Both the position numbers and the translations under genes were made by a program. A DNA stretch of 13,967 nucleotides from an uncultured Spirochaetota bacterium (GTDB lineage Bacteria; Spirochaetota; Spirochaetia; SZUA-6; Fen-1364). Numbering within the stretch: the stretch's first letter is position 1; each line of letters opens with the position of its first letter. Location: positions 1-13,967 of the forward strand of contig CAVUXE010000005.1 of the NCBI GenBank assembly GCA_963745235.1. The letters are read 5' to 3'. The notes under the pieces are model-generated. The model saw only the letters and a list, made by a program, of their open reading frames with translations. It did no database searches and was not told where the DNA came from. Positions 1 to 8,543 of the stretch are shown here, in pieces.

Positions 1-1
1 A

Positions 2-337
2 ACTGGCAAACAAATACTTGCTGTCTATAAGAAGCATGGAGAGCTTGTGGGCACTGAATCGAAGGCGAGAGAGGAATTGGTGCGAACGGTGGCGGAAAGC
101 GGCTGGATCAGAGTTAGGCATTACACCAATCCGAAGGACTTTTGGTCAATCCAGAGCGACGATTGCGGTAAGCGAAAGAAGGATATTAGGGGCTTTTTAA
201 CATGGGCCTTGGAGCAAAGGATAATGCAGCCAGATTCCGAAGCTCAGATAGTCGGCTTTAATGATCCTGGTGATTTTCAAGAGTTCAAATGGGCTGATGG
301 AGGAATTGGGCGATATCTTTCCGAACAGAAAGGATAG
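2..337 (+). CDS. hypothetical protein, 5'-partial (frame open from the window edge)
   Basis: The frame is open from base 2 (TGKQILAVYKKHGELVGTESKAREELVRTVAESGWIRVRHY...) to TAG at 335-337, so the track start at 47 is probably internal. No family recognised. Confidence 0.65.
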   Translation, partial: TGKQILAVYKKHGELVGTESKAREELVRTVAESGWIRVRHYTNPKDFWSIQSDDCGKRKKDIRGFLTWALEQRIMQPDSEAQIVGFNDPGDFQEFKWADGGIGRYLSEQKG

Positions 338-358
338 GACACAGGATCAATCTGCGGA

Positions 359-991
359 TTGTGTCAAATGCCCAAACAAGACGTTAGGAAGTCTATGGAC
401 GAAAGGTTCAATCTGACGCCAATACAGGTAAGTCGGATTCATGACATAGTGGAAGCGAATGAGGAAAGAATAAGTCATATCGAAGCGAAGAACTCTGTAG
501 TTTTGGTCGTCAGAGTACTGAGCAGCGAATATTACTGCGTCTTAAACTTGTCAAGGCATGGCAAGATTGATTTGCTGACAGCATTTCCTGAATCGGAAAC
601 GGCATTCAAGACGTTCAAGCAAATGATTCCGATTCGCTCTTTCAGCTTTGCTTCCCTTCTTGAGCTTTATAGGGAGGATAGGGTGATCACCGATAAGGAC
701 ATGGTTCACTTCTCCACAGAACAACTGTTCTCTCTTCTAAAGCGTATTGTCGAGGAACTCGCCAAGCGGAAGACGGTTAGGGATTTTGTAACTGACAAGA
801 TCATCCATAGCAAAGAGCTTCTTAGAGCTTTCCATAACAAATCAATCGACGATTTCAGGAAAGATGTCTCTGGCGCTCTTGTAGAACTTGGATTCTCAAG
901 TGAAGAGAATGCTTTAGAAGAAATTGAAGAGCAGCCATACGATGCCGCTAAGGATAGTCTGTTTGGTTTGAATGAATCAGAGATTTTCTGA
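359..991 (+). CDS. hypothetical protein (~200 aa)
   Basis: 210-aa ORF with protein-like composition, just after the upstream stop. The real start may be ATG 368 or 395. No recognisable motif. Confidence 0.65.
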   Translation: MCQMPKQDVRKSMDERFNLTPIQVSRIHDIVEANEERISHIEAKNSVVLVVRVLSSEYYCVLNLSRHGKIDLLTAFPESETAFKTFKQMIPIRSFSFASLLELYREDRVITDKDMVHFSTEQLFSLLKRIVEELAKRKTVRDFVTDKIIHSKELLRAFHNKSIDDFRKDVSGALVELGFSSEENALEEIEEQPYDAAKDSLFGLNESEIF

Positions 992-1015
992 AACCGCAAT
1001 ATGTTCCCTCAATAA

Positions 1016-1501
1016 CTATTTGATGTTGACGCTGCCTTCAGTCGAACCCTTCATCCAATCATAATCTTGGATTGCTCGTTGCATGGCAACGTAGATATTC
1101 CAAATCTGAACGTTCACAAGGTGAAAAGAGCTTATGTTGAATACTCCTCGCGTTTTGATTCCTTCCAAAATGTAAATCAGGTCAGTTACTGTCTTGACTT
1201 CGCTGGGGTGTAGAACGGTTAGCTTAGGATAAACACCCATTAGCTCTACTAATAGGCCCTCTTCTTGCACTCCCCATTTTTTTTCCACATCAGTACTTCC
1301 TTTAGTGAGGCTATAGCGAAGAGGAATGGGGTCTAAGATAAAGTATATCAGGTTTCGCACATTAATTTGGGTTTCATTCCTTTGAATCGCTCCGCTTCTA
1401 ATCTGAAGCAAAATCGCAGACAAAGCAACGAGAGCCGCAACAAAGGTCGACCAAGCTGATATGATCTCATTAACACGTCGGTTTTCTTGGGACAAGGCCA
1501 T
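1016..1501 (-). CDS. hypothetical protein with N-terminal transmembrane segment
   Basis: Strong RBS GAAGGAGG just upstream of the ATG; hydrophobic stretch IISAWSTFVAALVALSAILLQI. Confidence 0.7.
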   Translation of the reverse strand: MALSQENRRVNEIISAWSTFVAALVALSAILLQIRSGAIQRNETQINVRNLIYFILDPIPLRYSLTKGSTDVEKKWGVQEEGLLVELMGVYPKLTVLHPSEVKTVTDLIYILEGIKTRGVFNISSFHLVNVQIWNIYVAMQRAIQDYDWMKGSTEGSVNIK

Positions 1502-1712
1502 CGACCTCCTTCAGCTTCAATTAAGGTAAAGCAAGTGTATTCCTCAAGTCAATCGAAAGGGCGAACGGCATGAAATACCCGATCATGAAGCTGGTGGACA
1601 TGTACTTCTGACAAATAGGGGAGGATGCCGCTTAGCTCGTTAAGCTGTTTGCTTTTTTGTGGGACGTACTAAAATGCTTGAATGGAGAATCCATAAATAG
1701 AGGCTTCCCTTT

Positions 1713-2057
1713 CTACAGAGGTCTTGAAGTCATCGAAAAAGACAGCGCTTCCACGAGATTGTTCTCTTCCTTTTCTGCGAAAATCGTCTTGATCTTATTC
1801 GAAAAAGCGAATATCTCGTCCCTATCCGACGAAGAAAACGTCATGGTGCCATCGTCTCCCACCTCGGCCCAATTGATCTCAGACCTGAGCCGCGCGTATG
1901 CCTTCGGGTCGATCTTCCCTTGCAAACATTTAAGAGTCCAAGTGATATTTCTCGATCCATGTTCGTTATCCTGTTGGCTGGATTCGCTCTGCAAATCCTC
2001 AGTGGGTTTCTCTTTTGGTGTGTGTGAGTCCATGTTTTCTATCTGTTCTGCACCCAT
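1713..2057 (-). CDS. hypothetical protein (114 aa)
   Basis: RBS AAAGGAG 6 nt before the ATG. Preferred over the antisense 1657-2100 ORF, which is Ser/Cys-rich with no clear RBS. Confidence 0.6.
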   Translation of the reverse strand: MGAEQIENMDSHTPKEKPTEDLQSESSQQDNEHGSRNITWTLKCLQGKIDPKAYARLRSEINWAEVGDDGTMTFSSSDRDEIFAFSNKIKTIFAEKEENNLVEALSFSMTSRPL

Positions 2058-2209
2058 ATGCTGCTCCTTTATCGAAGTCCATATCGAATTAGTCTTTTGA
2101 ATGAAGCTTATGAAGAGTTCGCTTCAAGGTCTTTACACGTTCAGGATTCAACTGGCACAGTTAGCCACTGGTTGCCGATTGCCAAGGATGCAAAGCAAGG
2201 AGGAGTCCC

Positions 2210-2713
2210 ATGAACCCAACAAGAGACGGACGAAGCGACCCGCCTTTTAATATCTGAGCTTACAGCCCGAATGCGTCTCTGGCTGGATCGTGCACTGCTA
2301 TGTATTGATCAGTTGGACGACACCCAGGTCTGGTACAGGCCCAATCCGCAGAGTAACGCAGTCGGGAATCTCGTCCTGCATTTGGTCGGGAACCTCAGAC
2401 AGTGGATTCTTGGTGGAATAGACAACCTTCCAGATACTCGTGACAGACCCGCCGAGTTTTCGGCTGCATCGGGGCGCACAAGAGAGGAATTGCGGAGTCT
2501 GCTGAAAGAGAACAGTTGAAGAGAGTTGCAGAGCTCATAGACAAGATGCCAGCCAATCGTGTTACGGAAAGGAAGCGAATACAAGGTGAGGATACGACGA
2601 TTGCTGCCGCCCTGGTAATGGCGGTCTCCCACCTGGGCCTACATGTCGGGCAAATCCAGTACATAGGAAAGATGTTGTTGGGAAGTGCCTACCAGGAGTC
2701 GTCGAAACCATAG
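2210..2713 (+). pseudogene. DinB superfamily (DUF1572-like) protein, two frameshifts
   Basis: RBS AAGGAGGAG then ATG 2210. Motifs 'VWYRPNPQSNAVGNLVLHLVGNLRQWI..RDRPAEF' and 'SHLGLHVGQIQYIGK' are typical of DinB/DUF1572 proteins. One frame break at CCC 2215-2217 and one at ~2511-2517 join ORFs 2271-2519 and 2516-2713. Confidence 0.8.
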
Positions 2714-2747
2714 GACGCTGCGAGTCACTAAGGGCACTGATGCTACC

Positions 2748-2978
2748 ATGAACAGGAAGTCTGAAGATCTTTGGCTAACGGCATTGCACGAAGCTGCTCA
2801 TGCAGTCCTTCAGGAACTGTTCCACGAAGTTGATATCATAGGCGCCGAAGGATTGGCATGTGGGAAAGCAGCCCCTCCATCCACCCGCTGGAAATACGGG
2901 TTTCAACCGAAGACAAGCTACTTCAGATTGCTTGAACGATTCGCTTCTCGTTCCTATTCCTACGTGAGAATTGATTAG
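2748..2978 (+). CDS. short HEXXH-motif protein, possibly a fragment of an M41/FtsH-like zinc peptidase
   Basis: 'LTALHEAAHAV' resembles the TAYHEAGHA motif, but only 76 aa from ATG 2748, so it is likely truncated. Confidence 0.45.
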   Translation: MNRKSEDLWLTALHEAAHAVLQELFHEVDIIGAEGLACGKAAPPSTRWKYGFQPKTSYFRLLERFASRSYSYVRID

Positions 2979-2998
2979 GACTCCGCAGGGGGCGACTG

Positions 2999-3220
2999 AT
3001 GAAACTTAAGTTTGCTGACGGACATTCGGAATATGTTTGTAATGAATGCAAGAAAAGAATAAATGAAAAACTGCTAAGCTATTCAATCATAGATGCGGGA
3101 AGGTTAGCGGTGTTTCCTTGGGTGGAGGACGCTGATATTCACTTTTGTTCGATGATTTGTCTGAAAGCGTTCTTAGATTTCTCTGTTGCAAGAAGGCGTC
3201 GGGCGGAACAACTACTTTAG
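2999..3220 (+). CDS. small Cys-rich putative metal-binding protein
   Basis: CNEC ... HFCSMIC pattern (CxxC...FCSxxC, TRASH/zinc-ribbon-like); AGGGGG RBS-like sequence upstream. Confidence 0.6.
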   Translation: MKLKFADGHSEYVCNECKKRINEKLLSYSIIDAGRLAVFPWVEDADIHFCSMICLKAFLDFSVARRRRAEQLL

Positions 3221-3292
3221 CTAAAGAACTTCATTTCCAGTAGAAGGTCTCTTAGCAATTGGCTATACCGAGAGTGAAGTAGAGAAGTTAGG

Positions 3293-3670
3293 CTATAGGT
3301 CTCTAAACAATAGCTTCTTGGTAAGAGTATGGCGCACAGGACACGTTTCTGCTATCTCAAGTAGCTTCCTCCGCTGCTCATCATCAAGTTGTCCTGAAAG
3401 CTCTATCGAGTAATTGAAGACAGCTTCCGTTGAGGAGTTCCTGTCCAGAGACACCTTCGTGGATGCCTTCTCAAGTTCGACGCCGTAGTTTGTCGCATAC
3501 ATCCGAACGTGCATGTTCATACAGGTTGCCAGGGCCGCTTCCAGTAGCTCGTGGGGACGAAAACCCTGGTTCCCTCCTCCCTTGTCGGGAGTGGTATCAG
3601 CGTTGGCAGCATGGTTCCCGTTTGAAAAGACTGTCAGATACGAACGAGACTCGCTTAAGGCAGTAATCAT
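3293..3670 (-). CDS. OsmC-like family protein
   Basis: 'ADTTPDKGGGNQGFRPHELLEAALATC' and 'AETCPVRHTL' give the two conserved Cys of the OsmC/Ohr/YhfA family. RBS AGAGGAG favours ATG 3670 over 3694. Confidence 0.9.
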   Translation of the reverse strand: MITALSESRSYLTVFSNGNHAANADTTPDKGGGNQGFRPHELLEAALATCMNMHVRMYATNYGVELEKASTKVSLDRNSSTEAVFNYSIELSGQLDDEQRRKLLEIAETCPVRHTLTKKLLFRDL

Positions 3671-3829
3671 GGAGTCTTCTCCTCTGGCGTTCAATCATAA
3701 GACCGCCATCATTACAGGCGGTTGTGCTTATGAACAAGACTCCTTATAGCTCAAAATGCTGTAAGTCGTCCTGCATCGTATATATCGCAGCGGCATCATC
3801 GTGTATACTCAATCAGAGGATTGATTATC

Positions 3830-4624
3830 ATGTATCGCCTCTTCGTAGATGACACAGGCACCAAGGAAAAAGAGGATGCAGCTACAGACCTGTTTGCATA
3901 CTCAGGGATAATTCTCGACTCGCAGAAGGAGCAGGGAGTCTGTGCGTCTGTGGCAGCACTCAAGGGACGTTATTTCAAGACCGATTCGGTGGAGCTTAAA
4001 TCTCGTTGGTTTAGGATGCCAGAACTTAGGAAGGAAAAGTATCTATCGCCCTACGGACTTAGCGATGAAGCTTTCAAGCAGTTCACTTCGGAACTGTTTG
4101 CTCTAATCAGCACTTCACCCATCCGCTGTCTTGGTTCCGTTGTCAGCAAGGCTGAAATGGACAAGACATACCACAAAATAGTGTTCGACCCAAGTCCTGT
4201 TGCATATGAACTTCTCTTACAACGAGTCGCTAACTTTCTCACGCAGTATTCTATCTACCAATTGGGTATCGTCGTTGACGATATGAGCGGCAAGAACGTG
4301 AAGGGTTCTGACTGGAAAGAGCTTTTGGTGCGGCAACATGGTCAACTAAAGCTTGGCAAATCTCCTTTGTATAGAACATGGAAGTCTCGCCCAGGAATGG
4401 ACTACTCAAGGATGCCCAAAGAAATCGTATTTGAGGACTCTTCGAAAAGTACTCCTTTGCAACTTGCCGATCTTTGTGCCTACAACGTGATGCGACAAGC
4501 AAGGGATTTCCATACGTTTGACGGTGCGGAAATGTATCCTGGCTACAAATGGATTTATCCCATCATGCATAAAGACCCCAAGACGAAAAAGGTTGGCGGA
4601 TTCGGTGCCGTGCTATTCCCATGA
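3830..4624 (+). CDS. DUF3800-like (RNase H-like fold) protein
   Basis: N-terminal 'YRLFVDDTG', mid 'IVVDD' and C-terminal 'DSSKSTPLQLADLCAY' are hallmark DUF3800 motifs. AGAGGA at 3815-3820 precedes ATG 3830. Confidence 0.85.
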   Translation: MYRLFVDDTGTKEKEDAATDLFAYSGIILDSQKEQGVCASVAALKGRYFKTDSVELKSRWFRMPELRKEKYLSPYGLSDEAFKQFTSELFALISTSPIRCLGSVVSKAEMDKTYHKIVFDPSPVAYELLLQRVANFLTQYSIYQLGIVVDDMSGKNVKGSDWKELLVRQHGQLKLGKSPLYRTWKSRPGMDYSRMPKEIVFEDSSKSTPLQLADLCAYNVMRQARDFHTFDGAEMYPGYKWIYPIMHKDPKTKKVGGFGAVLFP

Positions 4625-4692
4625 CATGGAAAGACATGTCGACCAGTCAGAAGTCTACTTGCAAATGATTGTCTGCAATTCTTGAGGAAAGG

Positions 4693-5019
4693 TCAGTGCC
4701 TCAAGAATCTCCTTAAGTCAGGTGGATACTTCTTGATTTCAATAAAGCGCTCCCTTGACACATAGTAGATTGTCAGGTAGCCCATACTGGCGAGTTGCTT
4801 GAGTACCTTTCTTTGTTTGTAATCGTTTATTCGCGTCTCGCTCAGTACGTCCTGAATTGTCAATCGAAATCTTTTGTTGCCACTCTGTTTGCTCTTCTTC
4901 AAGAGATAGCCAAAAAATAGTGCCTTTTCGAGTCCCCATTTTCTTACAAGAGAATCAGGAACAGGAAAGCTGTGGGCGGGGTCCCTAAGCGAAGCAATCA
5001 CACTCTCTTCGTCTGTCAT
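4693..5019 (-). CDS. winged-helix DNA-binding protein, similar to phage/plasmid replication-initiator N-terminal wHTH
   Basis: 'LVRKWGLEKALFFGYL...TIQDVLSETRINDYKQRKVLKQLASMGYL' fits a wHTH pattern. The start overlaps the upstream stop (ATGA, 5016-5019), implying translational coupling. Confidence 0.7.
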   Translation of the reverse strand: MTDEESVIASLRDPAHSFPVPDSLVRKWGLEKALFFGYLLKKSKQSGNKRFRLTIQDVLSETRINDYKQRKVLKQLASMGYLTIYYVSRERFIEIKKYPPDLRRFLRH

Positions 5020-6632
5020 ACTTTCCCCCCTTGAAGTTCCATTATTCTATCAGTCTCGTAATAGATGCAAGTTCCAGGCGCATAGGTGACTCCTGGCTTC
5101 AATTCTATCGCTTTCAGAAGACCTGTCTGCTCCAAAAAGGATTTGATTTCAGGAAACGATTTGCTCTTATGGTGCTTTCCCAGGAACTTGATAAGGGAGA
5201 GCGGAAGCGGTAGTCCATCACGCTCGTTCATGAATACTATGGGAAATACCATCGGCAGCTTGAGCTTAGGATCGTTGGTCCAACGAAGTCTCCATTCCTC
5301 AGTCCTTGCTTCCTCATAGCGGATTAGAAACAGCACAAACTGCCCGATCCTTTGGCAATACCTCTCCTGGATAAGATTCTCGTTCTTGAATCCACCCTTG
5401 CTTACGTTGCGTCGATTTGATAGGAACGGTATGAGGCGATCAGATATTTTCTGCCGCAACACATGATCGAGAGTTTCAGATAGCTCTGTGGTTTTGGAAT
5501 ATCGTTCAACCCTGTCAAGAACGTCTTCATAGTTCATGTCGCCAAAGACTTTCCTGCTGTCACTGCGTTCGAAATGATTCTGACCCCATTCGTAGAATGA
5601 CTTGTACTCTGTCTTCCCACGCGCCCCATGGTCGTGTGCCTCACAGATTTCTATAAAGTCCTGCAACGGAAGGCCGTATCGTATGCAGTAGCTGAGGATT
5701 GAGGTCTGTACCTCTTTCCTTTCACCAGCCCCATAGTCAAGCTTGGGATTGTCCAGCAGCTTGTGCTTTATGTTGGTCTGCGCTAATCGCTTCTTTCGTG
5801 GACCGAACTTCTTCTTATACTGCTTGTGATCAAGGTCCATTTCAAGCGAAGGATCGAGATAAGAGAATCTGTCATAGTTCTTCCACAGCGTCAGAAGCTC
5901 ATCGAATGCCATGGTTCTGATCAAGGATGGCTTCTTAATCGAATAGATTCCGTAGACTGAATACTTTCGACTCATTGGCAATCGGATGTGGCCTGTGGAG
6001 CGGACAGCTTCGATTACAAAACCTTTTCTTTTGAACTGGTCCTCAAGGTTCTGCAAAACGGGGTCGGTTGCTGCTCTATCAAAGTGGAAGTACAGGTGGT
6101 AGCCCTTTGACCATGGGTTGTATTCGACGTATTTGACTTCTCCGAACCTTGCGACAAGCTCATGAACGATAACCTTCGTGTCCTTGTTTGATCGCCCATC
6201 AATGTCGATGCAGACGATCCGCTGTGCTTTGACTTGAAGACTGCCCCATTTGATGTATTCGTATCTCCTGTTGAGACTGAAGACCCGTTCGTGAGTGAAG
6301 TGGGAGTTCCTGATGAATGCACGAGCCGTGAAGAGGCTGTAGTTGTCACCGATCTGTTTGTTGGCGTAGACAATCTGATCTGGTCGATTCTTCTCAAGTT
6401 GTGCCCCAGGATCGACACGCTCAAAGTAGAACTCCCTCTCAAGGTAGAATCCGAGAGCTTCAAAGAGAGCGTCCAGCCTTTTGTAGTCTATGTAGGAGTC
6501 TTTGCGTTGACTGCGGAAGCGGACTCGGCCTTGTGAGTCAATCTTGGAGATACCTTTCCCAGGACGACCTTTGGAAGAACCATCCTTTTGAATCGTGGAA
6601 ACCTTCCTGACATCGGATTCAACGGAAGCCAT
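5016..6632 (-). CDS. archaeo-eukaryotic primase superfamily (Prim-Pol/Rep-like) protein
   Basis: AEP-type motifs: hhhDhD 'IVCIDIDG', 'SKGYHLYFHF', 'HIRLP'. Then a PriCT-like helical stretch (GAGERKEVQTSILSYCIRYGL) and a possible C-terminal wHTH. GAGGAA RBS upstream. Confidence 0.7.
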   Translation of the reverse strand: MASVESDVRKVSTIQKDGSSKGRPGKGISKIDSQGRVRFRSQRKDSYIDYKRLDALFEALGFYLEREFYFERVDPGAQLEKNRPDQIVYANKQIGDNYSLFTARAFIRNSHFTHERVFSLNRRYEYIKWGSLQVKAQRIVCIDIDGRSNKDTKVIVHELVARFGEVKYVEYNPWSKGYHLYFHFDRAATDPVLQNLEDQFKRKGFVIEAVRSTGHIRLPMSRKYSVYGIYSIKKPSLIRTMAFDELLTLWKNYDRFSYLDPSLEMDLDHKQYKKKFGPRKKRLAQTNIKHKLLDNPKLDYGAGERKEVQTSILSYCIRYGLPLQDFIEICEAHDHGARGKTEYKSFYEWGQNHFERSDSRKVFGDMNYEDVLDRVERYSKTTELSETLDHVLRQKISDRLIPFLSNRRNVSKGGFKNENLIQERYCQRIGQFVLFLIRYEEARTEEWRLRWTNDPKLKLPMVFPIVFMNERDGLPLPLSLIKFLGKHHKSKSFPEIKSFLEQTGLLKAIELKPGVTYAPGTCIYYETDRIMELQGGKV

Positions 6633-6718
6633 GCATCAGTTCCTCATTCCATACCCTTTCTCAAGCTCCTACTACCAACATGATCCATCACAGTACCAGT
6701 GAGTCTCCCCAATCATCC

Positions 6719-6765
6719 AGATCAGACACTATATCCTCATATATTCATGTATCCCCACTTTTTGA
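6719..6765 (+). repeat. 47-bp direct repeat, copy 1
   Basis: AGATCAGACACTATATCCTCATATATTCATGTATCCCCACTTTTTGA; 44/47 identical to 6963-7009. Confidence 0.9.
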
Positions 6766-6962
6766 ACAAGGTGAAGGGTCGCTATGTGTCAGCCTGACAG
6801 AGGATCGGCCCTTGTCAGAGGGACCATTCAATCCGTCAATTGCCCCCCCATCACACTGTCCCTGTGACCCTCTTTCTCGGTTCCCCATGGTCTACCATAG
6901 CTTCAGGAACCAAGGCATCCACACCCAACCTCTCTCTATTACAGGGATTCCCTCAAACCCTG

Positions 6963-7009
6963 AGATCAGAGACTATATCCTCATATATCTATGTATCCCC
7001 ACTTTTTGA
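6963..7009 (+). repeat. 47-bp direct repeat, copy 2
   Basis: AGATCAGAGACTATATCCTCATATATCTATGTATCCCCACTTTTTGA; 244 bp downstream of copy 1. Confidence 0.9.
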
Positions 7010-7087
7010 TACCTGAGATTCACCGTAAGCGGAATCGAATTGGCTCATTCTGGCGAGCGAGTCGAAAACATGGAATCATCATATAAG

Positions 7088-8387
7088 CTATTCGTTAAGT
7101 ATGGTGGTCGACACATCCGCGTGTCCGAGCAACTCCTGAATGGTCCGTATGTCGTACCCGCGTTCAATCAAGTGCGTCGCGAAGCTGTGCCGCAGCGTGT
7201 GAATGCTTGCGTGTTTCGGGATGCCCGCCGCGCGCAACGCATCCCGAAACGCCTTCTGGAGTGTCGTCGGATACACATGAAAGCGCCGAACCGTCCGCGA
7301 CATCGGATCCATAGACAGATTCCCTGACGGGAAGACCCAATACCAGCCCCACTCGCGACTTGCATTCGAGAACTTCCTGCCCAATGCGCCGGGGATGGCT
7401 ACTCCGTCCACGCCCTTCTTTTGATCCTGGTTGTAGAGGGCGTTGACTTTCAACAGGTGATGACGAATCTCCTCGGTGATCTTTTCCGGCAGGGACCGTC
7501 TCCCGGTCCTTGTTCCCCTTTCCCGCTCTGATAGTCAGGCAGTTTCTTTCGAAGTCGATGTCTTTCACGCGCAGGGTGAGACATTCTTCCAATCTCAGAC
7601 CGCCCCCATAGATCAGGCGGACCATAAGAAGATAGGTCCCCTGCATGCCAGAGAAAACTCTTGAAATCTCCTGCCTGGTGAGCACGACAGGGAGCCTCTT
7701 GGGGACCCGAGACGGCACAACCGTGGACAGGCCGTTGATCTCTATTCCCAGGATGTTGCGGTAGAGGAAAAGGATGGCATTGAACGCGAGCCTCTGGGTT
7801 GCTGCCGCGACACTCTTTTCCACGGCAAGGAAGGAAAGAAAGCTCTTCAAGTCCTGCTCCGAAAGATCGTTGCATGTCTTCGATCCAAGAAAGGACCTGA
7901 ACTGCCGCATCCAGGAAAGGTACGCCTTCTCCGTCCTGAGCGAGAGATGCTTCAGCCGCATGAGCTGCACCAACTCCTGTTCGAGGCGGCTCCAACTCGA
8001 AAACAGCCGTCTGCGCACTTGCGTGGCCCTCGCGTTCTTTGCGTCACCCCGAGGCTGGTCACCGGCCGCGGGCCCCGGGCGGAAACTGTGAGGGTCGAAT
8101 CGCTGCGCCTCGCAGCCAGCGGTCGCGCCGTACCGGATCTCGCGAGCCTTCGGATCGCCGCACCGCGCCCTGTAGTAGGAGTACAGTTGCAGAGCTCTCT
8201 GTGCCTGCTGGACCTGCCATTTCGGGTAGCTTCCAGCGAGCCAACGCAGGAAGTAGGCCAAGGACTGATTGTCGACCGTCTCCCGCTTGGTAATACTTCG
8301 GTATGTACTTGCCCAAAGGTGGTACACCTGGCGAAGAGGTTGCTCAACCCTGTTGTGCTCGGCCAGAAAGTCTGCAAACGACTGCAT
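7088..8387 (-). pseudogene. intI: integron integrase (tyrosine recombinase), frameshifted and C-terminally truncated
   Basis: 'MRLKHLSLRTEKAYLSW', 'LIYGGGLRLEE', 'GKGNKDR', the IntI-specific insertion '[26 protein letters not shown]' and '[15 protein letters not shown]'. An extra base at GGG 7492-7494 breaks [16 protein letters not shown]. Homology ends at 'VSTT' (7101); the expected MIYTH with the catalytic Tyr is absent. Confidence 0.95.
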
Positions 8388-8523
8388 AACTCACCCACCT
8401 TCTGTATTAGGCACCTGCTCCATAACAAGACGTGGGAGATTGCTGTGCTGCTTGCAGGGGGAGCAGAAACCGCTCTGGAGCCCCCGCCGCCTAACACGCC
8501 CGACCAGGGCCTTATAGACAACT

Positions 8524-8543
8524 CGCTAATATGGTTGTTACAT
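8524..8543 (+). other. attI: attI recombination site (core G/TTACAT at 8537-8543)
   Basis: CGCTAATATGGTTGTTACAT lies 150 bp upstream of the divergent intI start. Homology with cassettes 3 and 4 begins exactly at this GTT, and no attC stem precedes it. Confidence 0.85.

Noticed and set aside
1-4624. Left-hand small genes as additional integron cassettes
   Set aside because: Mixed orientations, own RBSs, and no attC-like TAAC...GTT stems found between them.
4623-4640. Hairpin GACATG-GAAAGA-CATGTC between convergent genes
   Set aside because: 6-bp stem with no U-tract on either strand; too weak to call a terminator.
7073-7100. dif-like site or secondary GTTRRRY site at the intI junction
   Set aside because: Only 7/11 match to the E. 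coli XerD arm and a poor XerC arm. A G/TT crossover at 7094 would not explain a junction at ~7100.
6680-7327. ORFs 6680-7009 and 7040-7327 (+)
   Set aside because: The first spans the direct-repeat region with atypical composition; the second is mostly antisense to intI.
8384-8495. GCATAAC, CCATAAC and GCCTAAC motifs upstream of attI as a remnant attC, or a Pc/Pint promoter call
   Set aside because: No matching L boxes or stem. They might be accessory IntI sites, but this is unsupported, and no convincing -35/-10 pair was identified.
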